This document shows, piece after piece, positions 20,588-30,202 of a stretch of 64,000 nucleotides of DNA (position 1 is the stretch's first letter; every line of letters starts with the position of its first letter). Where the stretch lies: positions 4,320,001 through 4,384,000 of the forward strand of contig OY759599.1 in assembly GCA_963662465.1 (NCBI GenBank). Reading direction: 5' to 3'. The translations under genes and the position numbers were made by a program. This DNA is from Desulfatiglandales bacterium (lineage in GTDB: Bacteria > Desulfobacterota > DSM-4660 > Desulfatiglandales > Desulfatiglandaceae). The notes below the pieces were generated by a model. The model was not told the DNA's origin, searched no databases, and saw nothing but the letters and a program-made list of their open reading frames with translations.

Positions 20588-21124
20588 CTAAATAATGAGT
20601 TCTTTTTCTTCAATTAATATTCGTCCTTCATCCATGACCCATGCAATGACAAAAACGATTCCGCCTACCATCAGTGTTGTAAATTCTCCCGAACTAAACC
20701 CGACTTCAAGCAATCTACTGCCCGGGGGGTTGCCCGCGGTGAATAAAACACTTTTGGCGGATTCGTAAATTATTAAAAATAAAACCCACAATAGCAAAGC
20801 TTTGGCAGTATTTTTAAAAATAATGACATGATCTAAAGAAAACATGACACCTTCTTTATAAAACGAAAACAGTTTTCTGATATTCAAAATACCATAGGTT
20901 AAAGCAGAGAGAGGAAGCAAGCTCACGAGAAACCCTATAACCTGGAATTTGATGGGCAATTCATTTGCTATCAATGGTTTTGAATGGTTTACGGCAATTA
21001 GCGTATCCGGCAAATGGTTAATGAGCACCCAATACAAATAGTATAATGGCATGGCAACCAACAGGAAGGAAAATAACAAATAAAAATATTTACTGATTCT
21101 TTTAACTTTTGACAAATTGTCCAT
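20588..21124 (-). CDS. DUF2975 membrane protein, copy 1
   Basis: Four TM segments, ends AWVMDEGRILIEEKELII, directly upstream of YozG-like HTH. Confidence 0.85.
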   Translation of the reverse strand: MDNLSKVKRISKYFYLLFSFLLVAMPLYYLYWVLINHLPDTLIAVNHSKPLIANELPIKFQVIGFLVSLLPLSALTYGILNIRKLFSFYKEGVMFSLDHVIIFKNTAKALLLWVLFLIIYESAKSVLFTAGNPPGSRLLEVGFSSGEFTTLMVGGIVFVIAWVMDEGRILIEEKELII

Positions 21125-21163
21125 GAACGCATCTCCTGTTTAAGTATTATCAAGTTGAAGGGC

Positions 21164-21214
21164 AGCATATCCATGGAATATTTGTTTGTCAATAATATTT
21201 TATCGTTTTACGAT
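21164..21214 (-). promoter_or_regulatory. Sigma70 promoter and ATCG-N5-CGAT operator of DUF2975-XRE operon, copy 1
   Basis: Minus strand TTGACA-17 nt-TATGCT; palindrome ATCGTTTTACGAT 21202-21214; conserved in copy 2. Confidence 0.65.
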
Positions 21215-21258
21215 CATTTTGTTCGGATTCCACCTACCGGTGGAAAAATCCCCACATG

Positions 21259-22794
21259 CTATTTTCCGCGTCCGTAAGGAATCCCCAGCTTTTTCATCCG
21301 GTTTCTCAGGGTGCTGGGGTGAATGTCCAATAACGCCGCGGCCCCTTCCGGACCATTGACGCGCCCCGCTGTCTTTTTCAATACTCCTTCAATGTGTCGG
21401 CATATGACTTCATCCAATCGAAACGGGCCATGGTCCGGAAGCGTCATGGCATCGGATTCGGCTTCCGATGAAAAGACGTAAGGGTCAAATGACAGGAGAC
21501 CGCCCCGATACCGGATCAAGGCGCGCTCCACAACATTTTCCAGTTCCCGCACATTTCCCTTCCAACGGCAGGCGATCAGGCGGTCCATGGCGCCGGAGGC
21601 CAAAGGCGGGACGGTCTTCATCTTGAGTTCCCCGGATTTCCGTCTCAAAAAATAGTCCGCCAGATTCGGGATGTCCGCCTTTCTTTGCCGTAACGGAGGA
21701 ATAAAAACGGGAAACACGCTCAACCGGTACCATAAGTCCTCCCTGAATGTGCCGGCGGTCACCATGTTTTCCAGATTGCGGTGCGTCGCGGCAATGACCC
21801 GAATGTCGAGCGGAATGGTTTCGGTTCCGCCGACCCGTTCGATTTCCTTTTGTTGCAGCACCCGCAACAGTCGTATTTGGGCCTGCATGGGGAGATCCCC
21901 GATTTCATCCAGGAAAATGGTCCCCCCGTGGGCCCGCTCAAAACGGCCCCGCTTTCTTGAAACGGCCCCGGTAAAAGCGCCTTTTTCATGGCCGAACAGC
22001 TCACTGTCCAATAGGGTGTCGGGAATGGCGCCGCAGTTGACCTTGATGAAAGGACCGTCTTTGCGGGGGGAAGAAAAGTGTACGGCGTTGGCGATGACCT
22101 CCTTGCCCACTCCGGTTTCGCCCAGAAGAAGCACCGGTGTTTCACGGGGCGCCGCTTGACGGACCATCTCCATGACGTCTTTTAATCCGAACTCCGCACC
22201 GATGATGGTATCGCCTGTCAGCTGCCGAAGTTCGTTTTTGAGATAGCGGTTGTCCTCGTTCAGGAGATCCTTCAGGCGCAGGAGCTCCTCATGCTTATGG
22301 GTGTTGGCGGCGGCAATGGCAAAGGGATCATGCAGCAATCCCAGCAATCGCCCGTGGTCTTCGGTGTACCGGTCATATCCCGAAGACCAAACGATCACCC
22401 CTCCCAGGGGCTTTCCCCCAATGCCCAGATGCAGAATTATCACCGATGAATGGTCCATCTCAAGGGCGGCCCACACAAGCCGGCGAACCGGCTCCCGGTC
22501 AGAGCGGTTGATGATCACCACCCGTTTCGCCCCCTCTTCCCGGTTCATCATGGAATCTCCCAGATGTTGGGGCAGCGGGATGATCCGGTTCATTTTTTGC
22601 GCGCCGCCGGCACTCACCCCGGCCACGCAACGGACAGCGAAAAGCGCCGGATCGTAACGGTTTATGGTCATCCCGTCAATGGGCATAAAATCCTTCAAAT
22701 ACAAAAAGCATTGCCTCATGGCCTGCTCAATTTCCAGGCTCCCGCAGATACGCAGGGTTGCCTGTTGAAAAAAATCTTTTTCATCGATGGTCAT
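21259..22794 (-). CDS. GAF-type sigma-54-dependent Fis-family activator, copy 1
   Basis: [38 protein letters not shown]-terminal HTH. Confidence 0.95.
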   Translation of the reverse strand: MTIDEKDFFQQATLRICGSLEIEQAMRQCFLYLKDFMPIDGMTINRYDPALFAVRCVAGVSAGGAQKMNRIIPLPQHLGDSMMNREEGAKRVVIINRSDREPVRRLVWAALEMDHSSVIILHLGIGGKPLGGVIVWSSGYDRYTEDHGRLLGLLHDPFAIAAANTHKHEELLRLKDLLNEDNRYLKNELRQLTGDTIIGAEFGLKDVMEMVRQAAPRETPVLLLGETGVGKEVIANAVHFSSPRKDGPFIKVNCGAIPDTLLDSELFGHEKGAFTGAVSRKRGRFERAHGGTIFLDEIGDLPMQAQIRLLRVLQQKEIERVGGTETIPLDIRVIAATHRNLENMVTAGTFREDLWYRLSVFPVFIPPLRQRKADIPNLADYFLRRKSGELKMKTVPPLASGAMDRLIACRWKGNVRELENVVERALIRYRGGLLSFDPYVFSSEAESDAMTLPDHGPFRLDEVICRHIEGVLKKTAGRVNGPEGAAALLDIHPSTLRNRMKKLGIPYGRGK

Positions 22795-22855
22795 GGGACC
22801 TCCTTTTCTGATTGGTAGCTCCGGATTCCATATTCAGCAATTCATGCGATAAATT

Positions 22856-22958
22856 TCCAAATATGGAATATCGATTACCATATTTGGAGACAGGAATCAC
22901 ATCCAATAACATATCTATTTGATAATAAAAATATATTTATATTGGTACGCCTTATGCA
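22856..22958 (+). promoter_or_regulatory. Sigma-54 promoter with upstream activator site, copy 1
   Basis: TGGTACGCCTTATGCA (GG-N10-GC) at 22943-22958; perfect inverted repeat TCCAAATATGG-N11-CCATATTTGGA at 22856-22888. Confidence 0.8.
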
Positions 22959-23115
22959 TTTCGATATGCGAGGTGCTGCAAAGGTACCGCCGTCCCGGGG
23001 AACGTTTTCAGGAATCACCAAGGACGACCGGGTGCGCTCTGGAAGCCCGGCGTTTCAGATGTGGCGAAAGGAACCGATCAGCCAAGCAAATAGCAAAATA
23101 CTGAGGAGGAAATCA

Positions 23116-23463
23116 ATGGAAGATTTAGGAAAATGGATGAAGGATTTTTTTATTTTAAGGGAAAAATTTATTAATGAGAAGCGTGGCGGCGAGGTGTTTA
23201 AAGGCGTGATGCAGGCACATGAAGCCGCGTTCAAGGAGGGTGCGCTCGGATTTAAGGAAAAGCATTTGATGGCCATGTGCGTCGCAATTCAAGGCCTATA
23301 TAAACCATGCATCATCGGCCATTGCAACTTAGCGCTCGAAGCCGGGGCCACAAAAGATGAAATTTTGGAGGCGGTCGGCGTAACGCTGTCCGTGTGTGGC
23401 ACCACCAGCATGGGCGGCGCCGGGATGCTATTCAAGCTGTTGGAGGAAAAGGGCCTCATATAG
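23116..23463 (+). CDS. Carboxymuconolactone decarboxylase (CMD/AhpD-like) protein
   Basis: GALGFKEKHLMAM...CIIGH...AGATKDEILEA; GAGGAGG RBS. Confidence 0.85.
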   Translation: MEDLGKWMKDFFILREKFINEKRGGEVFKGVMQAHEAAFKEGALGFKEKHLMAMCVAIQGLYKPCIIGHCNLALEAGATKDEILEAVGVTLSVCGTTSMGGAGMLFKLLEEKGLI

Positions 23464-23582
23464 TCCCTAAGGGCTTGCTCACCCTTGGCGTTCCGTCCCA
23501 TCCGGCTCTACGCCTCCGGGGCCATCGCGCTGACGCATTAATGGGCGGCCCTGAATCGCTACAACACTAAGGAGAATACTCG

Positions 23583-24428
23583 ATGTCAAATATTACGGAA
23601 ACGATGGATGAATCGCTGAAAACGAACATTGATATCATCGTCAATAATTTCTTTGTTAAAGGCACGCGGAACTACATTCGCAAAACAACGCTGGATGCGC
23701 CGTGGCTCAATGTGGGAATCATGGAAAAAACCAATCCCAGCCTGTTCCACACGAGCAAGCTTTTCGCAGGCATGAACGTGATCTGCGGCGGCATGTATTC
23801 CCTTGGGCACGACATGATCCGCGGCGACAAAGATCCCGGCACAACCCGGCCTTACGTGGAACAGGCGGTGGCTGCCCTGAACGCTCTGCCGGCGGACGAA
23901 ATTATCTTCTATCACGACGAGAACCTGTGCGGCCTTGAGCAAGCGCGTAAAAAGGGTCTGGCGATAAAGTTTAAACCCGTGTCGTTGCTGGAATGGCTGG
24001 TGCGCAGGGTCAAGGAAGAGCCGGTAAGCCCGTTGGACGTCGCCGCAGCAGTCCAGTTGCCGTGTTCGGCGCGCTACGGCGGCGACAGGAACGAACTGCT
24101 CAACACGCTCTTCAGCCTGATCGGGGTTACTCGGGTCCAACGGCGCTACGACCAAGGGGAAGACCTTTGCTGCGGCGCCCCCGGGTATTTCGGCTTCTAC
24201 AGCGGAGACATCCATGCGGATGCGGACTATTCCGACGAACTCGTACTCAAGAATGTGGCAGACGCCAAAGCGGCCGGCGCCGAGTATATGGTCACGATGT
24301 GCCCAAACTGCTACGCGGCCATTGCTCCGGTAGCGCGGGAGGCGGGGATGACCCCGGTTCAGGTGGAAGGGCTGGTAAGCCTGGCGCTTTTTGGAAAAGA
24401 GTCTCCCGTGGGCATAGTTTTCAATTAG
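23583..24428 (+). CDS. CCG-domain (Fe-S)-binding protein
   Basis: QLPCSAR, LCCGAPG, TMCPNC motifs. Confidence 0.8.
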   Translation: MSNITETMDESLKTNIDIIVNNFFVKGTRNYIRKTTLDAPWLNVGIMEKTNPSLFHTSKLFAGMNVICGGMYSLGHDMIRGDKDPGTTRPYVEQAVAALNALPADEIIFYHDENLCGLEQARKKGLAIKFKPVSLLEWLVRRVKEEPVSPLDVAAAVQLPCSARYGGDRNELLNTLFSLIGVTRVQRRYDQGEDLCCGAPGYFGFYSGDIHADADYSDELVLKNVADAKAAGAEYMVTMCPNCYAAIAPVAREAGMTPVQVEGLVSLALFGKESPVGIVFN

Positions 24429-24491
24429 CGCAGGACTGCGCCATTCCCCCACCATCAACCGAACCCATAAAACACGGAAGGGATAAATGCA

Positions 24492-26480
24492 ATGCAAACA
24501 AGTTATGCGAAACTCTTCGAGCCGGTCAATATCGGTTCCATGAAATTAAAAAACAGGGTCGCGTTGGCGCCCATGGGAACCAGCCTGGGCAACAAGGACG
24601 ACACCCTGTCTGATCGTATGATCACCTTCTACACCAGGATCGCCCAAGGCGGCACGGGCTTGATCATAACCGGAGTATCAGCCGTTTCCAGAGACGGCAG
24701 CATGATGCCCGGAATGAACTCCATCCATAACGACCGGTATATCCCCGGTTTTGCGGCCCTGGCCGATTCCGTTCATGCCGCCGGCGCCAAGCTGGCGGTT
24801 CACCTCATGCACGCAGGCTTGGAAGCGTTCAGCTTCTACACAAAAAGGAAGCGGCTCATTTCCCCGGTCGGAGGCGTTTTCGGCCCTCTCCAAATGGGGT
24901 ATAAGGGCGTGGATTTCAGCAAAACGACCATGGGCGCCAAAGCCATGACCCTGGAAGACATTCAAGCCGTTGGCGACCAATTCGCCGCAGGCGCCGGGAG
25001 GGCCAAGAAGGCCGGCGCAGATGCTGTGGAGATCAACGGCGCGCAGGGCTTCCTGATACAGCAATTCTATTCGCCCTACTTTAACAAGCGCACGGACGAG
25101 TACGGCGGGAGCTTCGAAAACAGAATGCGCTTCCCTCTGGAAATTGTTGAAAAAGTCAGAGTTGCGGTCGGCCCGGATTTTCCGATCATCTTTCGCATGG
25201 TGGCTACCGAAGGGGAGGGCGGCGGCATCGACGTAGAGGACGCAACGGCCATCGCTGGAGCGCTTGAACAGGCAGGGGTCGATGGCCTGCATGTAACCGC
25301 CGGGCGCGGCGTTGCTCCCGCTTACTGGAGCATGATGATGCCCATCGCCGAGGACGGCTACACGCCGATCGTCGATCAGGTGGCGAAGGTCAAAGCAGCA
25401 GTGAACATTCCGGTCATCAGCGTGCAACGGATACTGGACCCCCGGACGGGCGAAGATATCCTGAGGGCGGGCAAAGCCGACCTGGTGGCCTTGGGACGGG
25501 GCCTGATCGCAGACCCGGACTGGGTCAACAAGGCCGCCGAAGGCAGAGCGGAAGACATCAGAAAATGCATCGGTTGCTTGCAGGGATGTATCGGCACCCA
25601 AATGGGCGCCGGTTTTTCCGACTGCCTTGTAAACGTTGAAGCAGGCAGGGAAAAGCAGATGCAAATTAAGAAGGCCGATATTTCCAAAAAGGTACTCGTG
25701 ATCGGAGGCGGTCCGGCCGGGCTGGAGGCCGCTATGACAGCCGGACTCAGGGGCCATGAGGTCACACTCTGCGAAAAAGATGATGTACTCGGCGGGCAGT
25801 GGATACTGGCAGCAGTGCCTCCCGGCAAGGGAGATTTCAGTTGGGTGGTGGATTGGCGCGTAGGCCGGATCGAAAAGATCCCGAACATCACGGTAAAAAC
25901 AAGTTGCGAAGTAACCCGGGAGATGGTCAAAGACATGGCCCCGGACGTTGTTTTGGTGGCTACCGGCAGCGTTCCGATTATCCTTAACATCCCGGGAGCG
26001 GACGGAGACAAGGTGGTTACAGCCCACGACGTGCTTTCAGGGAAGGTTGATCCGGGCGAAACAGCGGCCGTTATCGGAGGCGGAAAAACCGGCGCAGAGA
26101 CCGCAAATTATCTTGGCGCCAAGGGAAAAAAGGTGACTGTAGTCGAAGCCATGCACATGATCGCCATGGATGCGGTTCCTGCACGGATGGTCTGGCTGAA
26201 CAAGAGCCTGGCCGGGTATGGCGTCCAAATCCAAACCAACAGGCTGGTCGAAGAGATCGGCGCATCGGGTGAGGTATTCGTCCGCCGGGAAGGGAATAGG
26301 GAGAGTCTGGGCAAGTTCGACACCATCGTTATGGCCGCCGGGGTCCGCTCTCATGACCCGATCAGCGAAGCCATCAAGGACGTAGCGCCGGAAGTCTATC
26401 CAATCGGCGACTGCTATGTCATGCCGAGCAACGGACACTACGCAATCCTCCATGCGGCTGAAATCGCCAGGATGGTATAA
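24492..26480 (+). CDS. NADH:flavin oxidoreductase (Old Yellow Enzyme family with 4Fe-4S and FAD domains)
   Basis: LKNRVALAPM, NKRTDEYGGSFENRMRF, CIGCLQGC...C, GGGPAG, LGGQ, ATG. Confidence 0.92.
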   Translation: MQTSYAKLFEPVNIGSMKLKNRVALAPMGTSLGNKDDTLSDRMITFYTRIAQGGTGLIITGVSAVSRDGSMMPGMNSIHNDRYIPGFAALADSVHAAGAKLAVHLMHAGLEAFSFYTKRKRLISPVGGVFGPLQMGYKGVDFSKTTMGAKAMTLEDIQAVGDQFAAGAGRAKKAGADAVEINGAQGFLIQQFYSPYFNKRTDEYGGSFENRMRFPLEIVEKVRVAVGPDFPIIFRMVATEGEGGGIDVEDATAIAGALEQAGVDGLHVTAGRGVAPAYWSMMMPIAEDGYTPIVDQVAKVKAAVNIPVISVQRILDPRTGEDILRAGKADLVALGRGLIADPDWVNKAAEGRAEDIRKCIGCLQGCIGTQMGAGFSDCLVNVEAGREKQMQIKKADISKKVLVIGGGPAGLEAAMTAGLRGHEVTLCEKDDVLGGQWILAAVPPGKGDFSWVVDWRVGRIEKIPNITVKTSCEVTREMVKDMAPDVVLVATGSVPIILNIPGADGDKVVTAHDVLSGKVDPGETAAVIGGGKTGAETANYLGAKGKKVTVVEAMHMIAMDAVPARMVWLNKSLAGYGVQIQTNRLVEEIGASGEVFVRREGNRESLGKFDTIVMAAGVRSHDPISEAIKDVAPEVYPIGDCYVMPSNGHYAILHAAEIARMV

Positions 26481-26553
26481 TGAAAAAATTGGGCTTGGTC
26501 CTGACTTCCTCCGTTCATATAGGAGAAGTTGGGAGCACTCCCCACAATCGGCA

Positions 26554-27582
26554 TCAATCAAAAAACTCGGGGTGTGCGTTCTTGACCCTCTTCTCAAACC
26601 CGGTTTTTTGGCTATTCGACAAGATTTGATGCTCTTCCATCCATTCTAAAATATCAACCTCAATCAGTGGGCTCATGAGGAGCCCGTCGCTTAAATTGAC
26701 GAAATAATGGCCCATGTTTTGATACTCTTTATACGTAAGATTATCCTTGCCCAGCTTTTCGAATCTATTCTGTACAGCGCGTGCGCTTTCAACAGGGATA
26801 TTCTCATCTTTATCGCCATGCGCAACAAATATAGGGATGTCGAGTTTTTCCAGATAATCCATGGGCCGTTTCCAGAGATAAAAACTCCACATGACGTAAG
26901 GATGGCCTGCCCACATTTTCATGGAATCCGGTTGCGCCTTTATGTCTTCAAATATTGAATTCAGTTCTTCCAGGTTGTGAATGCCAAAATATCCGCTTCT
27001 TTTTGACAAAAAGAACTCAAACTCTTTTGCCCGGCGCCATCCACCCCCGCTGCCTAAAAGAATCAAGTGCGTCACCCTCTTTTCTCTTGTTGCAACAACC
27101 GATGCGATATATCCTCCCTCGCCCTCAGCCATAATTAAAACCGGGATATTGGAATCGATATCTTTTAGATATTCATTGATAACCTTTAAATGATCATCAA
27201 TCCGAATTTCCTTCATGGAATATCCATAACATTCATCCACATCAATATTTCGATCTTCATCAATGCCTCTGCCTTCCAATACAACAACCGAAGCGCCAAT
27301 CGCCGTTGAACCGGCAAGAACGCCCACCTTGGAAAGTACCGTATCATATTCCGCACCTTGAATATAAAAAAGCATAATCTTTGGAGATTTCCCCTTAAAT
27401 ATATTCGGCTCAATTTTCAATGCATAAGATATCAAGGGATAACCATCGTTAGCGGTTACTGTTTTTTTCACCGGGATAATTGACCACCTTTGACAGATAA
27501 CGCACCCATTGAAAAAAATAACAATAAAATAAATCAAAAACAAAGCGATCAAAAGGTTGAAAGTCAATATTTTTTTCTTCAT
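26554..27582 (-). CDS. Alpha/beta hydrolase-fold protein (nucleophile Ser apparently absent)
   Basis: N-terminal TM/signal; IMAEGEGG elbow; PIFVAHGDKDENIP; MGH. Confidence 0.8.
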   Translation of the reverse strand: MKKKILTFNLLIALFLIYFIVIFFNGCVICQRWSIIPVKKTVTANDGYPLISYALKIEPNIFKGKSPKIMLFYIQGAEYDTVLSKVGVLAGSTAIGASVVVLEGRGIDEDRNIDVDECYGYSMKEIRIDDHLKVINEYLKDIDSNIPVLIMAEGEGGYIASVVATREKRVTHLILLGSGGGWRRAKEFEFFLSKRSGYFGIHNLEELNSIFEDIKAQPDSMKMWAGHPYVMWSFYLWKRPMDYLEKLDIPIFVAHGDKDENIPVESARAVQNRFEKLGKDNLTYKEYQNMGHYFVNLSDGLLMSPLIEVDILEWMEEHQILSNSQKTGFEKRVKNAHPEFFD

Positions 27583-27757
27583 AGCGTTTATTTTCACTTT
27601 TGATCTTGACCATTGTTTCAGCCGAAATCGCAGGTGCGTTATTTTGGAATGATGAACCTGCGGGAGCAATTTCAGCCGCGATAATCATGGCTGCAAGCCT
27701 CTCTCACAACAGGCTCCCGCGATGTATTTTCATGGCAATATCGGCATTATTGTGCGT

Positions 27758-29344
27758 CTATTCCAAATCGTACGCCACAACCCTGCTCTTAGCCGATCCC
27801 GCAATGAAACCACTGGTCACATTGGCCGCTACCAGTTCTTTCAGGCCGTCGTTATCAATATCGGCCACTTGGTAACCCACAACCGTTCCGGAAAGTTTTT
27901 GGGAGGTCCATTTTGAAACCAGGCCCGCTTCATCCCAGTCCATGAAATGAACACGGCCACTTCCGAACCAACGAAAATCCTCAAATATCCTGGCGGATTT
28001 GGAATCGTTTTTACAGATGACCACTTCCCTTTTTCCGTCTCCGTTGACATCGCAGGTGAAGATGGGGGATGCAATAAAAAGCTTTTTAGCCGTATCGGCC
28101 ATGCAATTTACATCCGGATCCATGTATGCCATATGAATAAGGCTTCCACCAAAAAAATCGTCGCTTTTCCACAACTGCTGGCCCGCAGGATCGCAGACAC
28201 GCAGATACTCCCAGGGATCGAGCAAAATCGTAAAAAAAGAGCCGTTTCCAGAAAAATCGCACTGCACAAAATTGAATACATTGCCGAAGCGGGGAAGAGT
28301 AAGTACACCTGCTGAAACGAGATCGTCTCCCCGGCGTTTTAAAAAGTGAACGTCGCCCATATAATTTCCTTCGGCGCTCCGTTTCTGCCCCAAAACCACA
28401 TTCCCCTTGCCCGGAAAATCCACGACGCGAATGAGCCACGACTGAACGTGAATAATCTTCTTAAATTCGGAACCGTCCCACTCAAAAACCAGGGAACCGG
28501 CATTGGTTGCGGTGAGATTGCAGACATAAATCTCAGCCTTGCCGTTGCCGTCCATATCGGCCACATTCATGCAGATGTAATCGGGGGACCAACTGCCTTC
28601 AATGGTGCTGAAAAGAGAGGGGCCTTTCTTTTGCCATTTGTAAACAAAAACATTTGTTTTGTCGATCAAGACCAGTTCGTTTTTGCCGTCTCCGTCCAGG
28701 TCCCCCACATCCAGCCCTCTGATTTCAAATTTGAAACGACGTACGAAAAAGGGTTTTTTGTGGGAGGCATCCACGTTTTTTCCGACGCTGATCAGTGCGC
28801 CGGTATCGCGTTCCGGCCGTGCAAACTCACCGGATTTCCGTTCCCGGGCGGGGATGTCCTTTCCCATAATCCCGGCGTTGATGTTCTCGGCGAACCGGTT
28901 GACCGTGAAAATGATCCCGTCCTCTCCCTTTGATTGATCGTAGGCGGTGAGCAGCACTTTCGATTGGTTTATATCCAAAATTTCAGCATCCAAACTGACA
29001 TTCTCCCCGAATACGGTGAGACTCCCAAAAATAACATATTCAGCCCCCAGGGCCTTGCCGATTTTCAGGGCTTCGGCCTTATTCATGGGCCCCGGCACGG
29101 CAGCCACCGCCTTTTTGACGAGGCCTTTTTCAAGGATGTTCAGTTTGTCTTTCCAAGCAAGCCTAGAGGTCAACATATCCATGATGCCTTCGCGAAAAAA
29201 ACCGAGGTCGCGATCGGAATTCATGGTGAAAGGAAGAATCGCGAGTTTTTTGGGTTCCGCTGAAAAAGAGGGCGCAACGGCAAGCGGAAGCAGCATGGGC
29301 GCGACACAAAATATCAATGCGCAAAGGGCAATACTAGTCTTCAT
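27758..29344 (-). CDS. Secreted FG-GAP/VCBS repeat protein, copy 2
   Basis: Paralog of 18794-20371 with the same repeats. Confidence 0.85.
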   Translation of the reverse strand: MKTSIALCALIFCVAPMLLPLAVAPSFSAEPKKLAILPFTMNSDRDLGFFREGIMDMLTSRLAWKDKLNILEKGLVKKAVAAVPGPMNKAEALKIGKALGAEYVIFGSLTVFGENVSLDAEILDINQSKVLLTAYDQSKGEDGIIFTVNRFAENINAGIMGKDIPARERKSGEFARPERDTGALISVGKNVDASHKKPFFVRRFKFEIRGLDVGDLDGDGKNELVLIDKTNVFVYKWQKKGPSLFSTIEGSWSPDYICMNVADMDGNGKAEIYVCNLTATNAGSLVFEWDGSEFKKIIHVQSWLIRVVDFPGKGNVVLGQKRSAEGNYMGDVHFLKRRGDDLVSAGVLTLPRFGNVFNFVQCDFSGNGSFFTILLDPWEYLRVCDPAGQQLWKSDDFFGGSLIHMAYMDPDVNCMADTAKKLFIASPIFTCDVNGDGKREVVICKNDSKSARIFEDFRWFGSGRVHFMDWDEAGLVSKWTSQKLSGTVVGYQVADIDNDGLKELVAANVTSGFIAGSAKSRVVAYDLE

Positions 29345-29549
29345 GATTTTCCTCATATTCAAGAATATCTCCCGGTCGGCAGTCAAGGGCTTTGCATATG
29401 GCATCCAAGGTGGAAAAGCGAATCGCTTTGGCTTTTCCGGTTTTCAGTACCGATAGATTCTGTTCGGTGATCCCGACCAATTTCGCAAGTTCAATCGATT
29501 TCATTTTGCGCTTTGCCAGAACCACATCCAGATTTATAATGATTGACAT
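29334..29549 (-). CDS. XRE/Cro-CI HTH regulator, copy 2
   Basis: 68 of 71 aa identical to 20361-20576. Confidence 0.92.
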   Translation of the reverse strand: MSIIINLDVVLAKRKMKSIELAKLVGITEQNLSVLKTGKAKAIRFSTLDAICKALDCRPGDILEYEENHED

Positions 29550-29559
29550 AGCACTCCGG

Positions 29560-30099
29560 TTAAATGGTCAGTTCTTTTTCTTCGTTTAAGATTCGTCCTT
29601 CATCCATCACCCACGCAATAACGAAAGCAATCCCGGCTACCATCAGTATCGCCGTTTCAGCCGAGCTAAGCCCAACGTTAAGAAACATGCCGCCCGGATT
29701 GTCCGCTGAAAAAATGACGCTTTTGGCTGATTCATACAGCATTGACGAAAAAACCCAAAACACAAGTGCTTTGGCGATATTCCTAAAGAGCCTGACATGT
29801 TCAAAGGAAAAAATGACGCCCTCTTTATAAAATGAGAATATTTTACGAATGTTTAAGATCCCGTAAGTTATTGCCAACAAAGGAAATAGACTTGCGACAA
29901 GACCAAAAATCTGTAATCCAGACGACAATTTATGCGGAGTTAAAGGAAATGAACGGTTGTTGATTTCGATAAGGGAATTCGGCAAATGGTTAATGAACAC
30001 CCAATACAATATATAACATAATGGTATTATGAATAGCATGAAAGAAAATAGCAAATAGAATTTTTTACTAATTCTCTTGATCTTTAGTACGTTTTCCAT
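29560..30099 (-). CDS. DUF2975 membrane protein, copy 2
   Basis: Ends AWVMDEGRILNEEKELTI; paralog of 20588-21124. Confidence 0.85.
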   Translation of the reverse strand: MENVLKIKRISKKFYLLFSFMLFIIPLCYILYWVFINHLPNSLIEINNRSFPLTPHKLSSGLQIFGLVASLFPLLAITYGILNIRKIFSFYKEGVIFSFEHVRLFRNIAKALVFWVFSSMLYESAKSVIFSADNPGGMFLNVGLSSAETAILMVAGIAFVIAWVMDEGRILNEEKELTI

Positions 30100-30138
30100 A
30101 ACGGGTCCTCCAGTCTGAATGTTTTCGAGTTGAAATGC

Positions 30139-30189
30139 AGCATGCCGAAAAAATTACCGTTTGTCAACAATAATTTATCGAAATACGAT
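30139..30189 (-). promoter_or_regulatory. Sigma70 promoter and operator of DUF2975-XRE operon, copy 2
   Basis: Minus strand TTGACA-17 nt-CATGCT; ATCGAAATACGAT 30177-30189. Confidence 0.6.
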
Positions 30190-30202
30190 CAATTATTTCA
30201 CC

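Larger units (their letters stand above)
18794..22958. repeat. Segmental duplication copy A (FG-GAP, XRE, DUF2975, sigma54 activator, promoter)
   Basis: Same gene order and high similarity to 27758-31933. Confidence 0.9.
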
